Shown in pieces: positions 40,363 through 55,399 of a DNA stretch of 64,000 nucleotides. The position numbers and the translations under genes are program-made. The first letter of the stretch is position 1; every line of letters starts with the position of its first letter. This stretch comes from Dipteris shenzhenensis (lineage: Eukaryota). Where the stretch lies: assembly GCA_047967505.1 (NCBI GenBank), contig CM106538.1. One strand, 5' to 3'. The notes under the pieces were generated by a model that was given only the letters and a program-made list of their open reading frames with translations, searched no databases and was not told the DNA's origin.

Positions 40363-41089
40363 TATAGATGCAAAAGCGGAGAACAAGACAAAACAGAGGA
40401 AACTTCCATTACCTGAGAGAAAATCATCACCTCCTTTCGAATGGCAAGTTAGTTGCATGCCGTGGAAACACCAGCTATGATGTTTGTTGACGTCTCGAGA
40501 GAAAGGAGTCGACTTCAATTTGTACGTGGACAAATGGAAGCTTGAAAACACAGTGTCGAATGAGAAACCGAACTTGATAAGAGACCTTCCTTGGGAGGGA
40601 GTGGACAACTAAGTCGTTTCATTGATCCAACTGAGGATGTCAATGAAGCTGTGGGTGCAACGACACCTAGCACTGCAACTGAAAGAGGAAACAAGGTTCG
40701 TCTAAAACTAGTAGGGCGACGCAGGGGATGAAGGAACGATTGTAGGTTCCTTGGGATGAAAGACTTATGCAACGAGGGAAAGCCATGGAGACTCGAGGAG
40801 GGAAAGCCATGCAACGATTTTCATTGGCCGAAATCCAAGAATGGCAGGGTGGCACATGGACTACAGAGCACGGACAACAAGCGCGATTATAATTTCCATC
40901 AGTTAAACAAAACAATCATTTTCGCTTTCACAGGTAACGCATCGTTACTTAGGCTTCCACTTTAAAAGTGCGAGGCCAAAAAAGAAGATTACACCATTAT
41001 GTCACGGGGGACGTTTCCTGCAAGAGCGCAGATCGTATGCAAAGGTCCATAGATTGGACCCCCGCGGACTTTGACGGAACAGATTGCCC

Positions 41090-42746
<1,657 letters not shown>

Positions 42747-45700
42747 TCTAAGGTGAGGGTGGCGGGAAAAGGAGGGGTGAGGCGAATGGAGGAGGAGGAG
42801 GGCTGAGCTAGTTTGGAGAGGGGGAAGCTAACTAGCTAAGGAATGCTGTAGCCTGTGGGAACGTGAGACTGAAGAGGCTAGTGTTGATGAAGGGCGACTT
42901 GTGAGAGCGTTGAAATTTGGCAGGGAGATGCTCTTCTTAAATAGAGGAGGAGACCACCATTTTGCCCCCTAAAGTAGAACGCGGTTCCCAACCATGAATC
43001 AGTCAACAGTTTTATAGTAAGGGCCTGCCACATTGGATGGTCTTTGTTTTATGGAAATTCAAGTTGACTTCATGTTTAGCCGGTTCATTGGATGCATTTG
43101 GCCACCTTGGATGTTCTTTGTTAAATGGAATTTCACAAAAGCCTCAAGTTGTAACTTGTTTTCATGTTTATCCCCCTTGCATTAGATGAATTTGGGTGCA
43201 TTGGATGCATTTGGCCACGTTAGATGTTCTTTGTTATATGGAATTTCACAAAAGCTTCAGGTTGTAACTTGTCTTCATGTTTATTCCCCTTGCATTGGAT
43301 GCATTTGGGTGGGCCCTGGGATAGGCATGAGTGGGTAATCTTGCTTGTCCATGATCATTGGGCATGTTCACGTGGTCATAGTTTGTAAACAATCATGTTG
43401 ACTTAGGTGCATCAAACCACATGACAGGTCATGCAGAATAGATACAGGATGCAAGGAAAATGGAAAGACCAGGATTTGTGGAGAGTAGTGATGATACTGC
43501 ACATCCTATTGTGCAGATTGGTAAAATTCCTTTGTCTATGCAGGATAGGAAAAAGAAATATCTGTCTGATGTATTTCATGTCCCGAATATCACCAAGAAC
43601 CTGGTTTCTATTGGTCAAATGGTTGAGCAAGGCTTGCAGGTCAGATTTAATCCTCATGGATGCTTTGTTGAGGATATGAAAAATAACGATCGCTTGATAG
43701 CAAAAGGAAAGAAGAAGGGCAGGATGTTTACATTGGATGCGGACATGCCTGAATTGAGTGCAGCAATGTTTGCACATGGGACCGATGTAGTTGCAGATAT
43801 TGATATCTGGCATAAACGCATTGGTCATGTTAATGTACAGTGACTTAAATCAATGCAAGGCCAAAATATTGTTGCAAGATTGCCTAAATTCAAGGTTGCG
43901 GAAATGCATAAGAAGGTATGTGAAGCTTGTTAATTTGGAAAACATGCAAGGAAACCATTTCCTAGACATGTTTAAGAGAGTAAGAAGCCATTGGAATTAA
44001 TCCACTCTGATGTGTGGACTACTAAAGTTGCATCTATTGGAGGCTGTCATTATTTTGTCACTTTTATTGATGACTACAGCAGAAAAGTTTGGGTGCATTT
44101 TATGAAAAAGAAAAGTGAAGTGTTTGGGCATTTCAAAGCTTTTAAAGCTATGGTTGAAAAAGAAACAGGCCTACAAATAAAATGCCTAAGGTCAAATGGA
44201 GGGGGAGAGTATCTCTCAAATGAGTTTGCAAGGTTCCTATAGGAGCATGGCATAAAGCAGTAATATTCATGCAGTCATACCCCACAGCAAAATGGACTTG
44301 TAGAAAGAAAAAACAGGCATATTGGAGAGGTATCTCGGGCCATGCTAAATGAAAAAGACCTACCAGATTATTATTGGGCTGAAGCAGTTGCTACAATAGT
44401 TTATATAATGAATAGGACTCCCATTGCAGCAATACATGGCATGACGCCAGAGGAGATGTATACTGGTAGGAAACCAGATATTTCTCATTTGACAATTTTT
44501 GGTTGCATTGCCTATGTTCATGTGCCAGATGAGTTGAGGTCCAAGTTGGATCCAAAGGCTAAGAAGTGCATCTTTATTGGTTATTTTCTGCAGCAGAAAG
44601 GGTATAGATGCTATAACCCTTCTACTCGTAAGTTTACAGTGAGCAGAGATGTTGTTTTTTATGAGATGAGCAGCTGGTATAAACCAGTAAATGTGATTGA
44701 TGATATAGATGCACAAAATGGTAATGCTGCATAGAATTCACAGCAGTAATCACAAAATATTAGTGGACCTACAGTGTCCTCTAGCAGTGGTTCACATACT
44801 TCGCCATGGACAAGCAGATTGAGATAAGGAGAATCTCCTCAAAGCAATGCAGATAGTGGTATTATGCAGGTATCACGAAAAGGAAAAGAGAAGGTAGATC
44901 AGTTCACAGCAGCAATCACAAAATATTAGTGGACCTACAGTGTCCTCTACCAGTGGTTCACATACTTTGCCATGGACAAGCAGATTGAGATCAGGAGAAT
45001 CTCCTCAAAGCAATGCAGATAGTGGTATGTAGGTATCACGAAAAGGAAAAGAGAAGATAGATCAGTTCACAGCAGCAATCACAAAATATTAGTGGACCTA
45101 CAGTGTCCTCTACCAGTGGTTCACATACTTTGCCATGGACAAGCAGATTGAGATCAGGAGAATCTCCTCAAAGCAATGCAGATAGTGGTATGCAGGTATC
45201 ACGAAAAGGAAAAGAGAAGGTAGATCAGCCCATGTTTGATGTGAATGCAAGTCACTCGTATGTGGATGGTGAATCCAGTGGCTCAGAACAGAGCATTGAT
45301 GATGAGTTGGGTATTCCTTCTATTGTTACACCTAGAGTAAGGAAGACCAGGGATGTTTTGAGAGCACCTGGAAGTGAGCCAACTTTGCGCAGGTCTACCA
45401 GAGCTAGGTATCTTGTGGATAGGCTGAAATATAATGGATTTATAGCCACTCACTATGCCTATATGGTCAAAGTGATACAAGAATTAGAACCCACCTCTTT
45501 TGAGCAATCCATGGGAAAAGAAAAATGCGAGAAAGCCATGGATGAAGAAATGGATGCCTTGGAAGCAAATGCTACATGGGAATTGGTGCCTTTTCCTAAA
45601 GACAAGAATGCAATTGGTGGTAAGTGGGTTTATAAGGTGAAGCACAATGCAGATGGTTCGGTGACCAGATAAAGGCAAGATTAGTTGTCAAGGCGTATGC

Positions 45701-47149
45701 ACAGACATATGGCATTGATTATGAAGAAACATTCAGTTCGGTTGCAAGGATGGCAACCGTAAGAGCAGTCATTGCTTTGGCTGCATCAAAGGGATGGTCT
45801 TTACATCAGATGGATGTAAAGAATGCCTTCTTGCATGGTGATTTGCAAGAAGAGGTCTTTATGGAGCAGCCACTAGGTTATGTTCATGCTGTTCATCCTG
45901 AGTTTGTTTGCAGGTTGAAGAAAGCTTTGTATGGCTTGAAGCAAGCACCTAGAGCATGGTCTGACAAGATAGGACAGTATCTTGTCAATATTGGCTTTCA
46001 GATTTCCAAGGCAGATTTCTCACTTTATGTGAGAAAAATAGAGAAAGGTATCATGCTGCTTGTCATTTATGTTGATGATTTGATCATCATAGGTGATAGT
46101 GATGAAGATATCCTTCATGTGAAAATGCTATTGAAGCAGAAGTTTGAGATGAAGGATTTGGGAGAGCTGCGTTATTTCTTGGGCATTGAGGTGATTAGAT
46201 CACCAAGTGGGATATAGCTCTTGCAGAGGCAGTATGGATTGGACATGCTGTCCAAATATGGGATGACAGGCTGTAAGCCTATTTCAGTTCCTTTGGAGCA
46301 GAATGTGAAGCTGAGCACAGATGCAGGTGAGCTTCTGGAAGACCCTACTATGGACAGATGCATAGTAGGAAGTTTGATTTATATGACTATTACCAGGCTA
46401 GATTTGAGCTATGTTGTTGGATTGGTAAGTTAGTTTATGCAGGCTCCAAGGAAACCGCATTTGGATGCGGCTAGACGCATACTCAGGTATGTGAAGTCCA
46501 CATTGCAGTATGGACAATTTTATGAGGCTGGGGTTCAGATACAGTTGCATGGATACATTGATGCTGATTGGGCTTGTAGTATTTCTGATAGATGATCTAC
46601 CAGTGGATATGTTTTCTCTTTTGGGAGTGCTGCAGTCACTTGGAGCAAAAAGAAACAGCCTACAGCTGCCTTGTCGAGCACAGAGGTTGAGTACAGGGAT
46701 GCAGCAATGGCTGCATGTGAGGTAGCTTGGTTGCATAAGCTACTTTATGATATGCATCAATCTATAGATGGGCGAGTTGTCATTTATTGTGACAACATGA
46801 GCAGTATACACTTGGCAAATAACCCAGTCTATCATGCTAGAACAAAGCACATTGAGGTGCATTATCACTATGTGCAGGAGAAGGTTTTACTAGGTCTTAT
46901 TAATCTAGTTTATGTCAGCATAGAGGATCAGGTAGCTGACATATTCACGAAGGCATTGGGCAGAGAGAAGCTGCACAAGTTCAGAGACCTGCTTGGTGTG
47001 CAGGAATTGGGATTGAGCTTGAGGGGGAGTGTTGAGATATCAAGCTCCACTCATGATATGCCAGGGTGACCATTGTGCATTTATGTCACTGACTTGTTAG
47101 CTGCAGATGCAGTTGGTACACCGCCCATGAATAATAGCTTGATGACAGC

Positions 47150-50100
47150 TGTGACATGAAGTTAGGGGTAATAAACTTCACGCACCTCTTCACTTCCTAC
47201 AGCATTCGAACTGACTGCCAAAGATACTTATCATTGAGAATGAGACATTAGAAAGAAGCTTTTATGCCAAGATACCACACCATACTTTCCTCCCTTAGAT
47301 GAGAATGAAGATGGTAACATCCCAAGTGATGTTGTAGTCAAGCATAGGGAGAAGGAAAGGATCAGCAGAGGCCATAATCTCAGCGAGCCGGTCTGCACCA
47401 AAGAGAAGAGCGATACGTTGTTGAAAGAAGATCTTGCGGCTCAACATGACATGAACTGATATATATCGAGGAGTTTGAAGGGGCTGATTAGGTCGGATGG
47501 GTAGATTCCGAGGAAACATTGACTCATTGGTGCGTCCGGGTATCACCATGCCATCAACATCCTCAAGTTGAAAGGTTCCATTCGTGAACTTCTTTTTGAC
47601 TCGATATGGTCCCTCCCATCGGCCGATAAACTTTTTGTCTAGCCGCTTGTCCCGACGGCTATCAAATCTCATTACCAAATCTCCTTCTGCAATATCTTTC
47701 TTCTTGCGTAATTTGGTGTCAAAACGGGCCTTGCGCCTTCTTTGAGAAGATTCCAAGTTTTGTAAGGCCTGTAATCTGCATTCATCCAAGGCTTCTAGCT
47801 GTACCAAGCGTTGAGCATAGGCATCCTCCTGTCCTTCTATTCTTGCAACAGCTATGCGAAGACTATGTATCTCTAATTCGATGGGTAAAATGGCTTCTAT
47901 TCCATACACTAGTTGGAATGGTGTAAACCCAATAGCTAGCTTGTGTGTGGTTCTGTAAGCCCATAAAACTTCTGCCAAGTGCCTATCCCAATGCCTTTTC
48001 TTGGTGTCAACAAGCTTTCCCATTGAATTGCACAACAATCCATTTGTTTTCTTAACCAAGCCATTACATTGAGGATAGTATGGCGTGGACATGCTGTAAT
48101 TTATCTTTAGCTTATGCACCACATCTTCAATTAGTTCATTTCTAAAAGAGGTTCCTCCATCAGTGAGAATTTCCAAAGGACAACCAAAGCGTGAACAAAT
48201 TTGATCAAAGAGAAATTTTGTAACTGTGCTTGCCTTGCTATTGACTGTGGCCTTGGCCTCTGCCCATCGAGTCGCATAATCTGTGGCCACCAATAAATAA
48301 TGCTTGCCCTGAGATGAGCGAGGGAGTGGTCCCACAAAGTCCAACCCCCACCTCTCAAATGGTCCATATGCTGGAATAGGCTTCAAGGCCCAAGGAACCA
48401 ACTGTCGCCTTCCAAACTTTTGGCATACTTTACAACTTTGACACCATTCATATACATCCTTATGGAGGCGTGGCCAAAAGTATCCTGCATTAAGAATTCT
48501 CCTAGCTGTGCTTACTGAAGCAAAATGACCAGAGCATTCATGACACATTTCTAGGATTCTCCTAGTCTCCATGGGATGGACCACCCGACGGAGCACCTTA
48601 TCTTTTCCCAATTTATAAAGAATGTCATCAACAATAGTATAGGGACAAGCCTTCCTTACCAATCTCTGCTTCTGTTGTGGAGTTAACCCTTGAGGAAACA
48701 TGCCTTCTTCCACATATTGCTGAACATCTTGCAGTTTTGGCCATCCAGTGTCTACCAAAGAAACCACCCCCCGGTCTTGTACTACAATGGCTTGAGTAGC
48801 TAACTCATCTGTCCTTTGATTTTCTTTTCTGTTTATATGAACAAACTTGCAAAAATCAAACTGACTACATAGTGCCATAGCCTTTTGATTAAGCTCCTTC
48901 AAATGAGGACTTCTTGTCTGGTAATGCCCTTGCATTTGCTTTATAATAAGCTGAGAATCTCCTCTTACTTCCAATTCTTTAACTTGACTTTGCAGACAAC
49001 CCTCCAAACCAAGAATCAAAGCATTATACTCAGCTGCATTGTTAGTTGTGATACCTGGAAGCTCTTGTCCTCTTGCCCATACCTCTTGACCTTCAGGATT
49101 CATCAAGACTATCCCCCCGGCTCCTTGTTGGCATGAAGGACTAAAAGCCCCATCAAAATACAAAACAAAAGCTGTTGGTGGTGTATCCCTTTCATCTTTA
49201 ATGTTCTCCTTACATTTCTTTTCTTCTCCTAGATCCTCCCGCCCTGTGAGCAAATCTGCCATAGTGGACCTAGTGGTATTTTCAGTGACAAAAGAGAAAG
49301 AGAACTCTTGAAGCTCTGACAACCATTTTGCAAATCTCCCCCAGGATTAGGCTTGCGAACTAGATATGCTAATACAGACTGAGAGGTAAGGAAGAAAAAT
49401 GGTCGAGGTAATAAATAGGAGCGAAACTTTCTGACGGAAAACACCAAAGAGAGAGCTTGCTGCTCCATTTCTTCATACCTTGTTTCCACATCTGTAAGCT
49501 GTCGGCTGGCATAATAGATGGGTTGCATTCTCCCTGCCTCTCCTTTTTGTAGCAATACAGCACCAACTGAATGCAAAGATACACTTGGATTTACATAAAA
49601 GTCTTGAGACCAATCAGGGGGCTTCAATATTGGTCCCTTACTCATGGCCTCCTTAAGTAGCTGGAAAGACTCTTGTTGCTCCACACCCCATTGGAAAGAA
49701 ACTCCTTTTCTTGTCAACAAGTTCATGGGATGCACTATCTCAGTGAAATCATCACAAAAGCGTTGATAATACTTGCTCTTTCCTAGAATTCTGCGAACAC
49801 CCGTGACACTCTCAGGACTTGGCAACGCCATGATTGCTTGAACCTTGTCAGGATCCATTTGCAGGCCTTCTTGAGACACAATATGCCCCAACAAGACTAC
49901 TTTTGTTTGAGCCAAATGACACTTGCTAGGATTTAGACACCCTTTTGCTTCATCAATCCTAGCTAAGGCCATCTTTAACTTCTCCATGTGATCTATGCGC
50001 CGAGAATAAATGCAAAAATCATCCAAAAACACCCGTATGAACTTTCCCAAGTAAGGCTCCAGGACTTGACTCATGAACCTTTGAAATATAGCTGGTGCAT

Positions 50101-53100
50101 TGGTCAACCCAAAAGGCATCACTCTGTAAGCAAAAACTCCCCAAGGTGTGACAAATGATGTTTTCTTTTGATCTTCCTCCCGAATACGAATTTGAAAGTA
50201 CCCAGAATACCCATCACATATAGAATACATCTCATGCCCTGCTACTTGGTCTAGTATTTCATCTTGAAATGGCAAAGGAAAATGATCCCTCTTAGTGCAT
50301 GCATTCAAAGGACGAAAGTCCACACAAACTCGCCACTTATTTCCTTTCTTTGGTGTGACAACTACAAGAGATATCCATTCTGAATCATCAACAGGAAAGA
50401 TGAATCCCACCTCAAGTAGTTGTGTTACCTCTTTCTTTAGTGCCTCAGCTTGGATCACCCCCAATTGCCTTAAGCGTTGCACAACTAGCTTGCTTTCTGG
50501 CTTCAACTCAATCTTGTGCTCCACAAGAGAGACTGGCCGAACTTGTGAATAGCTTGTTGCAAAGAGATATGGAAAATCATCTAGCATATCTAAGTACTGG
50601 AGCTTCTCACTACCTGATAGAGAATCACCAAGAAGCTCTTCATTGTGTTGGCGTCGTTTAATGTGCTCCACATCCTCCACATGAAGTGTCTCTACAGGAT
50701 CTTCTTGCACCACCACCTTGTTCCTTCCTGACTCATCCCGATCAACACCAAGATAAAGACCAAAGGCCACTCCTTCTACCTCACCCTCTGAGTTGGACTC
50801 CTCGGCGGAGCTACACCCTGTCTCTTCTTCTTCATCGGTTAAGTCAGAGCTTGAACTCTCTGATGTTGAAGACTCCTCCTTGACAACTTCCTTTTTGCGG
50901 CTTCTGATGTTGTAGCGCACCTTCTTATCATTTCCCTGCAAAATCAATTCTCGAGTATCCCACTTTTGAACAGCCTTCACCTTGCGTAACCAAGGCCTTC
51001 CCAAAATCAATGGATAGGCACGTGCATCTGGCTTGGTAGGGATCACCTGAAAAGTAGTCGGAACAGAAATTCCACATACATCCACTTCTAGATTCTTCAC
51101 AACTCCCAAGGTCTTAACCCTAGTGTTGTCAGCCAATTTGATGCGATAAGGAGAGGTAGTACTAGAGTATTTTAAATTAGCATCAATCATGGTCTTCTCA
51201 CTCATGACATTAATCGATGCACCTCCATCAATGTACACATTAGAAATCACTTGACCATCAATGATCACATCAACCACAGGTACATCATCACCAACATCTA
51301 TATCTACCTTTTGAACAACAGGAATGGCACTTTTCTTCTTTTTCTTCTTTGACACTCTTGTGCTTGCTAGTTTTCCCCATTCCTTCCGTAGTTTTGGAGA
51401 CAAAGCAAGTAATTGACCAAAGGTGATATGAGCTTCCTTTTCTTTAAGGTCGGACAACAAGTCATAGCTTCCAATTCCTTGTCCTAAAGGAAAGTCTGAT
51501 TGGCTAATTCTCCTTCTAGATGCCTTCTTTTTCTTACTACGGTGTTCCTCTTCCTGATGTTCCTCATCTACTTCTTCCTTGCTTTCTTCTTCTTCTTTTG
51601 CTTTACCACGCCCCCGTTTAGCCATCATTACCTCTCTTTCCTCATCCCCTGAAGAAGCTTCTAACAAGGATACTTGTTTTTCTTCTTTCTTTCTCAATCT
51701 AGGACACTCGGGGCGATAGTGACCTTTTTCATTACATTCATAGCAAGTGACCCCACTCCTATCTCGAGGCCTATCTTCACTCTTTGGTGCTCTAGGTTGT
51801 CGTGCATTAACCAAATGCAATTTCAAATCAGCAAACTCTGCCATCAATTGGGAGATATTATGATCTAACTCAGAGGATTTTGGTACCTGAGGAGTGCCCA
51901 TTACCTCCACCTTAGAAGTTGAAGCTGTTGAAGACACAAAAGAGGATTCGATCTTTAGAGAAGCTTCTTTCTTGGTCGAAATGCGAAGTGCCTCCATGTA
52001 TGTTGTTGGATCTTTACTCATTACTTTTGAGCGAAGACAAGGCTCCAAAGCCATAACAAATTTGCTCATCTTTAAGTGCTCCATCCCTGAGAGACTTTGA
52101 GGGGTCGATGATGCAGATGCCACAGCTCGCAAAGCTGCCCTTTCATACTTTGTCCATAAAGTTTCATATCGGATTGCCAATGCAGAGACCAACTCACCCT
52201 CTCCTTGACAGAACCGGTCCAACTGCAACATCAAAGCATTTGGCGACTCCACTGCCCCAAATCTTTGCTTCATTGCTGCCACCACTTGGTCCTAGTCCTC
52301 CTTGGTAGAGTCCGGCAAGGTCTCATGCCAACTCAAGGCTACACCTTCAAGAAAATCAGGCAAAATCTCCGCCCGATCCTTCATGGACCATCCAGAAAGC
52401 CGGCATCCTCGAACAAAATCCCGAAGATAAGACTCTGGGTCTTCCCCTTGGGTCCCTTGAAACACTGGAATCTTCACCATGATGAAACACAAAAAGGAAA
52501 CACCAAGATCCAAATAATATCCCAAATAAGATCCGAACAAGATCCCACAGAGCCTTAGTATACCAAGACCAACTTATTATGCATAACCACTTGTTGAAAA
52601 CCCTCCACAATGTGATCCTCAACAAAATCTTCAAAAATAAGAGACCAACCAGCACCATGAAAACATTGTGTATACATGCATTCTAGAATCACCCTTCTCA
52701 CAATAGGAAGTGCACATAAAAGCTTCAAGATATTGTAATCTTCATCATTTGCATAGCAAAAGAAGTCGAAAGCATTAAGAATCACCACTCCACTGTTATA
52801 GTTGAAAACTACCCAAAGACTCAACTCTTCTTCACACCAAGCTGCCAGTGCATGGATCAATCCCCAATTTATCATTGTGCCTGCTGCCGGCGTTGTCGAT
52901 TCACCAACATATTCAACAATGCAAACATAAAGGATATGATCATGGTGACTGTGCGAATAGCTTGAGCATCACCTTCACAATCTTCAAGTTCTCTTAAACG
53001 GCGGGCTGCAATCTCTTCTAACGGAGTTCTTCCAGGCATCTTCTTTATCACATCAGAAAACACATGTCTATACTAGGCATAACATGCAATAAAGTACACC

Positions 53101-55066
53101 CAGACCGTTTAGTAAGGTGGGATGAATCCAATACCAAACGTACCCGGCGTCTCCACCAAAAGATGTGACATGAAGTTGGGGGTAATAAACTTCACGCACC
53201 TCTTCACTTCCTGCAGCATTCGAACTGACTGCCAAAGATACTTATCATTGAGAATGAGACATTAGAAAGAAGCTTTTATGCCAAGATACCACACCATACT
53301 TTCCTCCCTTAGATGATAATGAAGATGGTAACATCCCAAGTGATGTTGTAGTCAAGCATAGGGAGAAGGAAAGGATCAGCAGAGGCCATAATCTCAGCGA
53401 GCCGGTCTGCACCAAAGAGAAGAGCGATACGTTGTTGAAAGAAGATCTTGCGGCTCAACATGACATGAACTGATATATATCTAGGAGTTTGAAGGGGCTG
53501 ATTAGGTCGGATGGGTAGATTCCGAGGAAACATTGCACCTCCTTCATAGACACCTTATACTGAGCTCAAAACACTCTACAAACTGTCATTAGACACAGAG
53601 GCCTAGACATGATATCAAAGATTCGAGTACACAAAGAGATGCGTCCTGAGATGGGCTTCGCGCTGATATAAGTTTTATTGAAAACAGACAGACGGTTGAA
53701 GAGATATGGACAGTTTACTGGAAGGGGGTAAAAACTGTCATGAAAACAGACTGTCAAACACAGAGACTCATAACTTTTTGCAGCAGTATTTGATTCAAGA
53801 TCTGATCACATAAGAACATGCGCCTTGAAGAGAGCTTCGCGCTGATATAAATTTCATTACAATCGGACTACCGATCAGAAAGTTATGAGCAAAACACTAA
53901 TAGGGGGTCAAACTGTCATGAAAACTACCCTCCACCCAGGCTAATTTCGCCTGATCAGGATGCTCCCTCAAGACTCCACCTTCATCAACGATCCACCCCT
54001 CATAGATTTCGCCTAGAAGAGGGGAAGAAGTTTGCATAGTGGCGAGGGGAAGAAGTTTGCATAGTGGCTCGGGAAACAAATGGACCATGTGTGCACAGTG
54101 AGCAGCCGAATAGAAAGAACTTTTAAGGCTTTGAAAAAAAGAAAAGGGAAGAGACACTCAAGAGAGAGAGAACCTGAAGTGGCCTTCATTACAAATAGAG
54201 TGAGAATCCACCTCAATACTACAAACACAAGGGAGAAGAAGAGGTTTCATACATACAAGAGGGAGCAGAAGGTCCAAGACTACTCATAGAGAGAGAATAA
54301 ACTAGAGAGAGATGGACTCAAGAGTCTACATGAGAGAATATCTACAAAAGGGAGAGAAAGCTCATGGAAGAGGCTTGGGGAGACTAGAACTATAGCAACA
54401 TGAGGCCTAATGGTGGAAGAGATTCTGCTGAACAAGGGAGAGGAGGGCTCCTTTTATAGAGATTTTGTTACCCTCCTTCACCCATTTACAATTGCTGCCT
54501 GTAGATTCCTTTCCCCATCAATCACATAAGCACGTATGTCACCATCCATGTCCTTTTTGGCTACTCTTGCCATGTGTCCCATCAAAAGATGCTCAAGACT
54601 CTTAAAATATTGAGAAAGTCAAGAGTCTCCTCACATGGAGCCCATAGGGACCCTCTCTTTTCCACATGTCCACATCCTCCTTATTCCACATAGGAATTCT
54701 AGAAGGATTCCTCTTGACTTCACACTCCTCCACATGCCTTCCACACGCTTGGCATGTGGCCTTTCTTATATTATTGGAACACATGGACATGAGCCCACCT
54801 CTTTATATGACTCACTCTTCCTATTTTCTAAAAAACTCATAATATCCCATACACAAATAACTCTCACCCCATACCAAGGTATTTATAATTCATACCTATG
54901 GTATTTACAATGAGCCATTCCACTCATCCTCTCAATCCCATACAATATCATAGAAAATAGAAATAAGTGAGAGCCGCTAGGCTATCACTTGATACTCAAA
55001 CCCTTATCAAACATAGAGAAAAACAATATCAATGCCAAGTTAAAAATATCAATTTTTGGTGTCACA
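47150..55066 (-). mobile_element. Ty3/Gypsy Tat-type LTR retrotransposon with additional archaeal-type RNase H; 5' LTR 53164-55066, truncated 3' LTR 47150-47521, TSD ACAGC
   Basis: TGTGACA...TGTCACA termini; ACAGC at 47145-47149 and 55067-55071; PBS TGGTGGAGACGCCGGG (tRNA-Ala-like) 5 nt inside the 5' LTR. Confidence 0.95.
47295..52480 (-). pseudogene. gag-pol polyprotein of the Tat-type element (gag, CCHC, protease, RT, RNase H, aRH, integrase); one stop (52292) and one frameshift (~49340)
   Basis: CYECNEKGHYRPEC, IDGGASINV, LILGRPWL, DGYSGYFQI, MPFGLTNAP, FLDDFC, IYYASRQL; aRH YFDGA...TNNAAEY...GDSQL...ENQRTDELA; integrase WGLDFVGP...TPYYPQCNG...GRWEGPY. Confidence 0.93.
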
Positions 55067-55399
55067 ACAGCTATCCTTATGTACTCTAGTTCATGGCTCA
55101 GTTAGTATGCCACCTTAGTTAGTTGAGTTTGGTTGAGACCCACATATAGGGTTCTTCTATTTCTTTGTACAAGAGTTCTTTTGGCTTTCACAACTAAGAA
55201 GAGGAAAACTGTTTTCAGCCTCCACATTTGTGTGTATTCCCCCATTGTGTATGTGAGAAAGCTGCAAGTGAGACTCCTTCCTTCTCTCCCACTATCTTCA
55301 CACTTCTCTCCTTCAATCTTGATTGTATTCCATTCAATAATTACATTCATATTATAATGGGGATACCAAATTCCAGTGGTTGTTGACCATATGCATTAA

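Larger units (their letters stand above)
43395..55302 (+). mobile_element. Ty1/Copia family B element, 5'-truncated (protease to RNase H), with 3' LTR (47030-47149 + 55072-55302) split by a Gypsy insertion
   Basis: Integrase, RT (HQMDVKNAFLHG, YVDDLII) and RNase H (YHARTKHIEV, ADIFTKAL); PPT TTGAGGGGGAG then TGTTGAG at 47030. The two LTR halves rejoin to match the intact family-B LTR at 58492-58846. Internal ~163-bp triplication at 44737-45228. Confidence 0.93.

Noticed and set aside
49229-49345. Programmed ribosomal frameshift between the 1018-aa and 675-aa ORFs
   Set aside because: The break falls inside RNase H at a G-run; adding one base restores GRFAKWLSELQEF, so it is most simply a 1-bp deletion (mutation or sequencing error).
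53309-53533. 74-aa ORF present twice as a possible gene
   Set aside because: It lies within the LTR, so the duplication is explained by the LTR pair.
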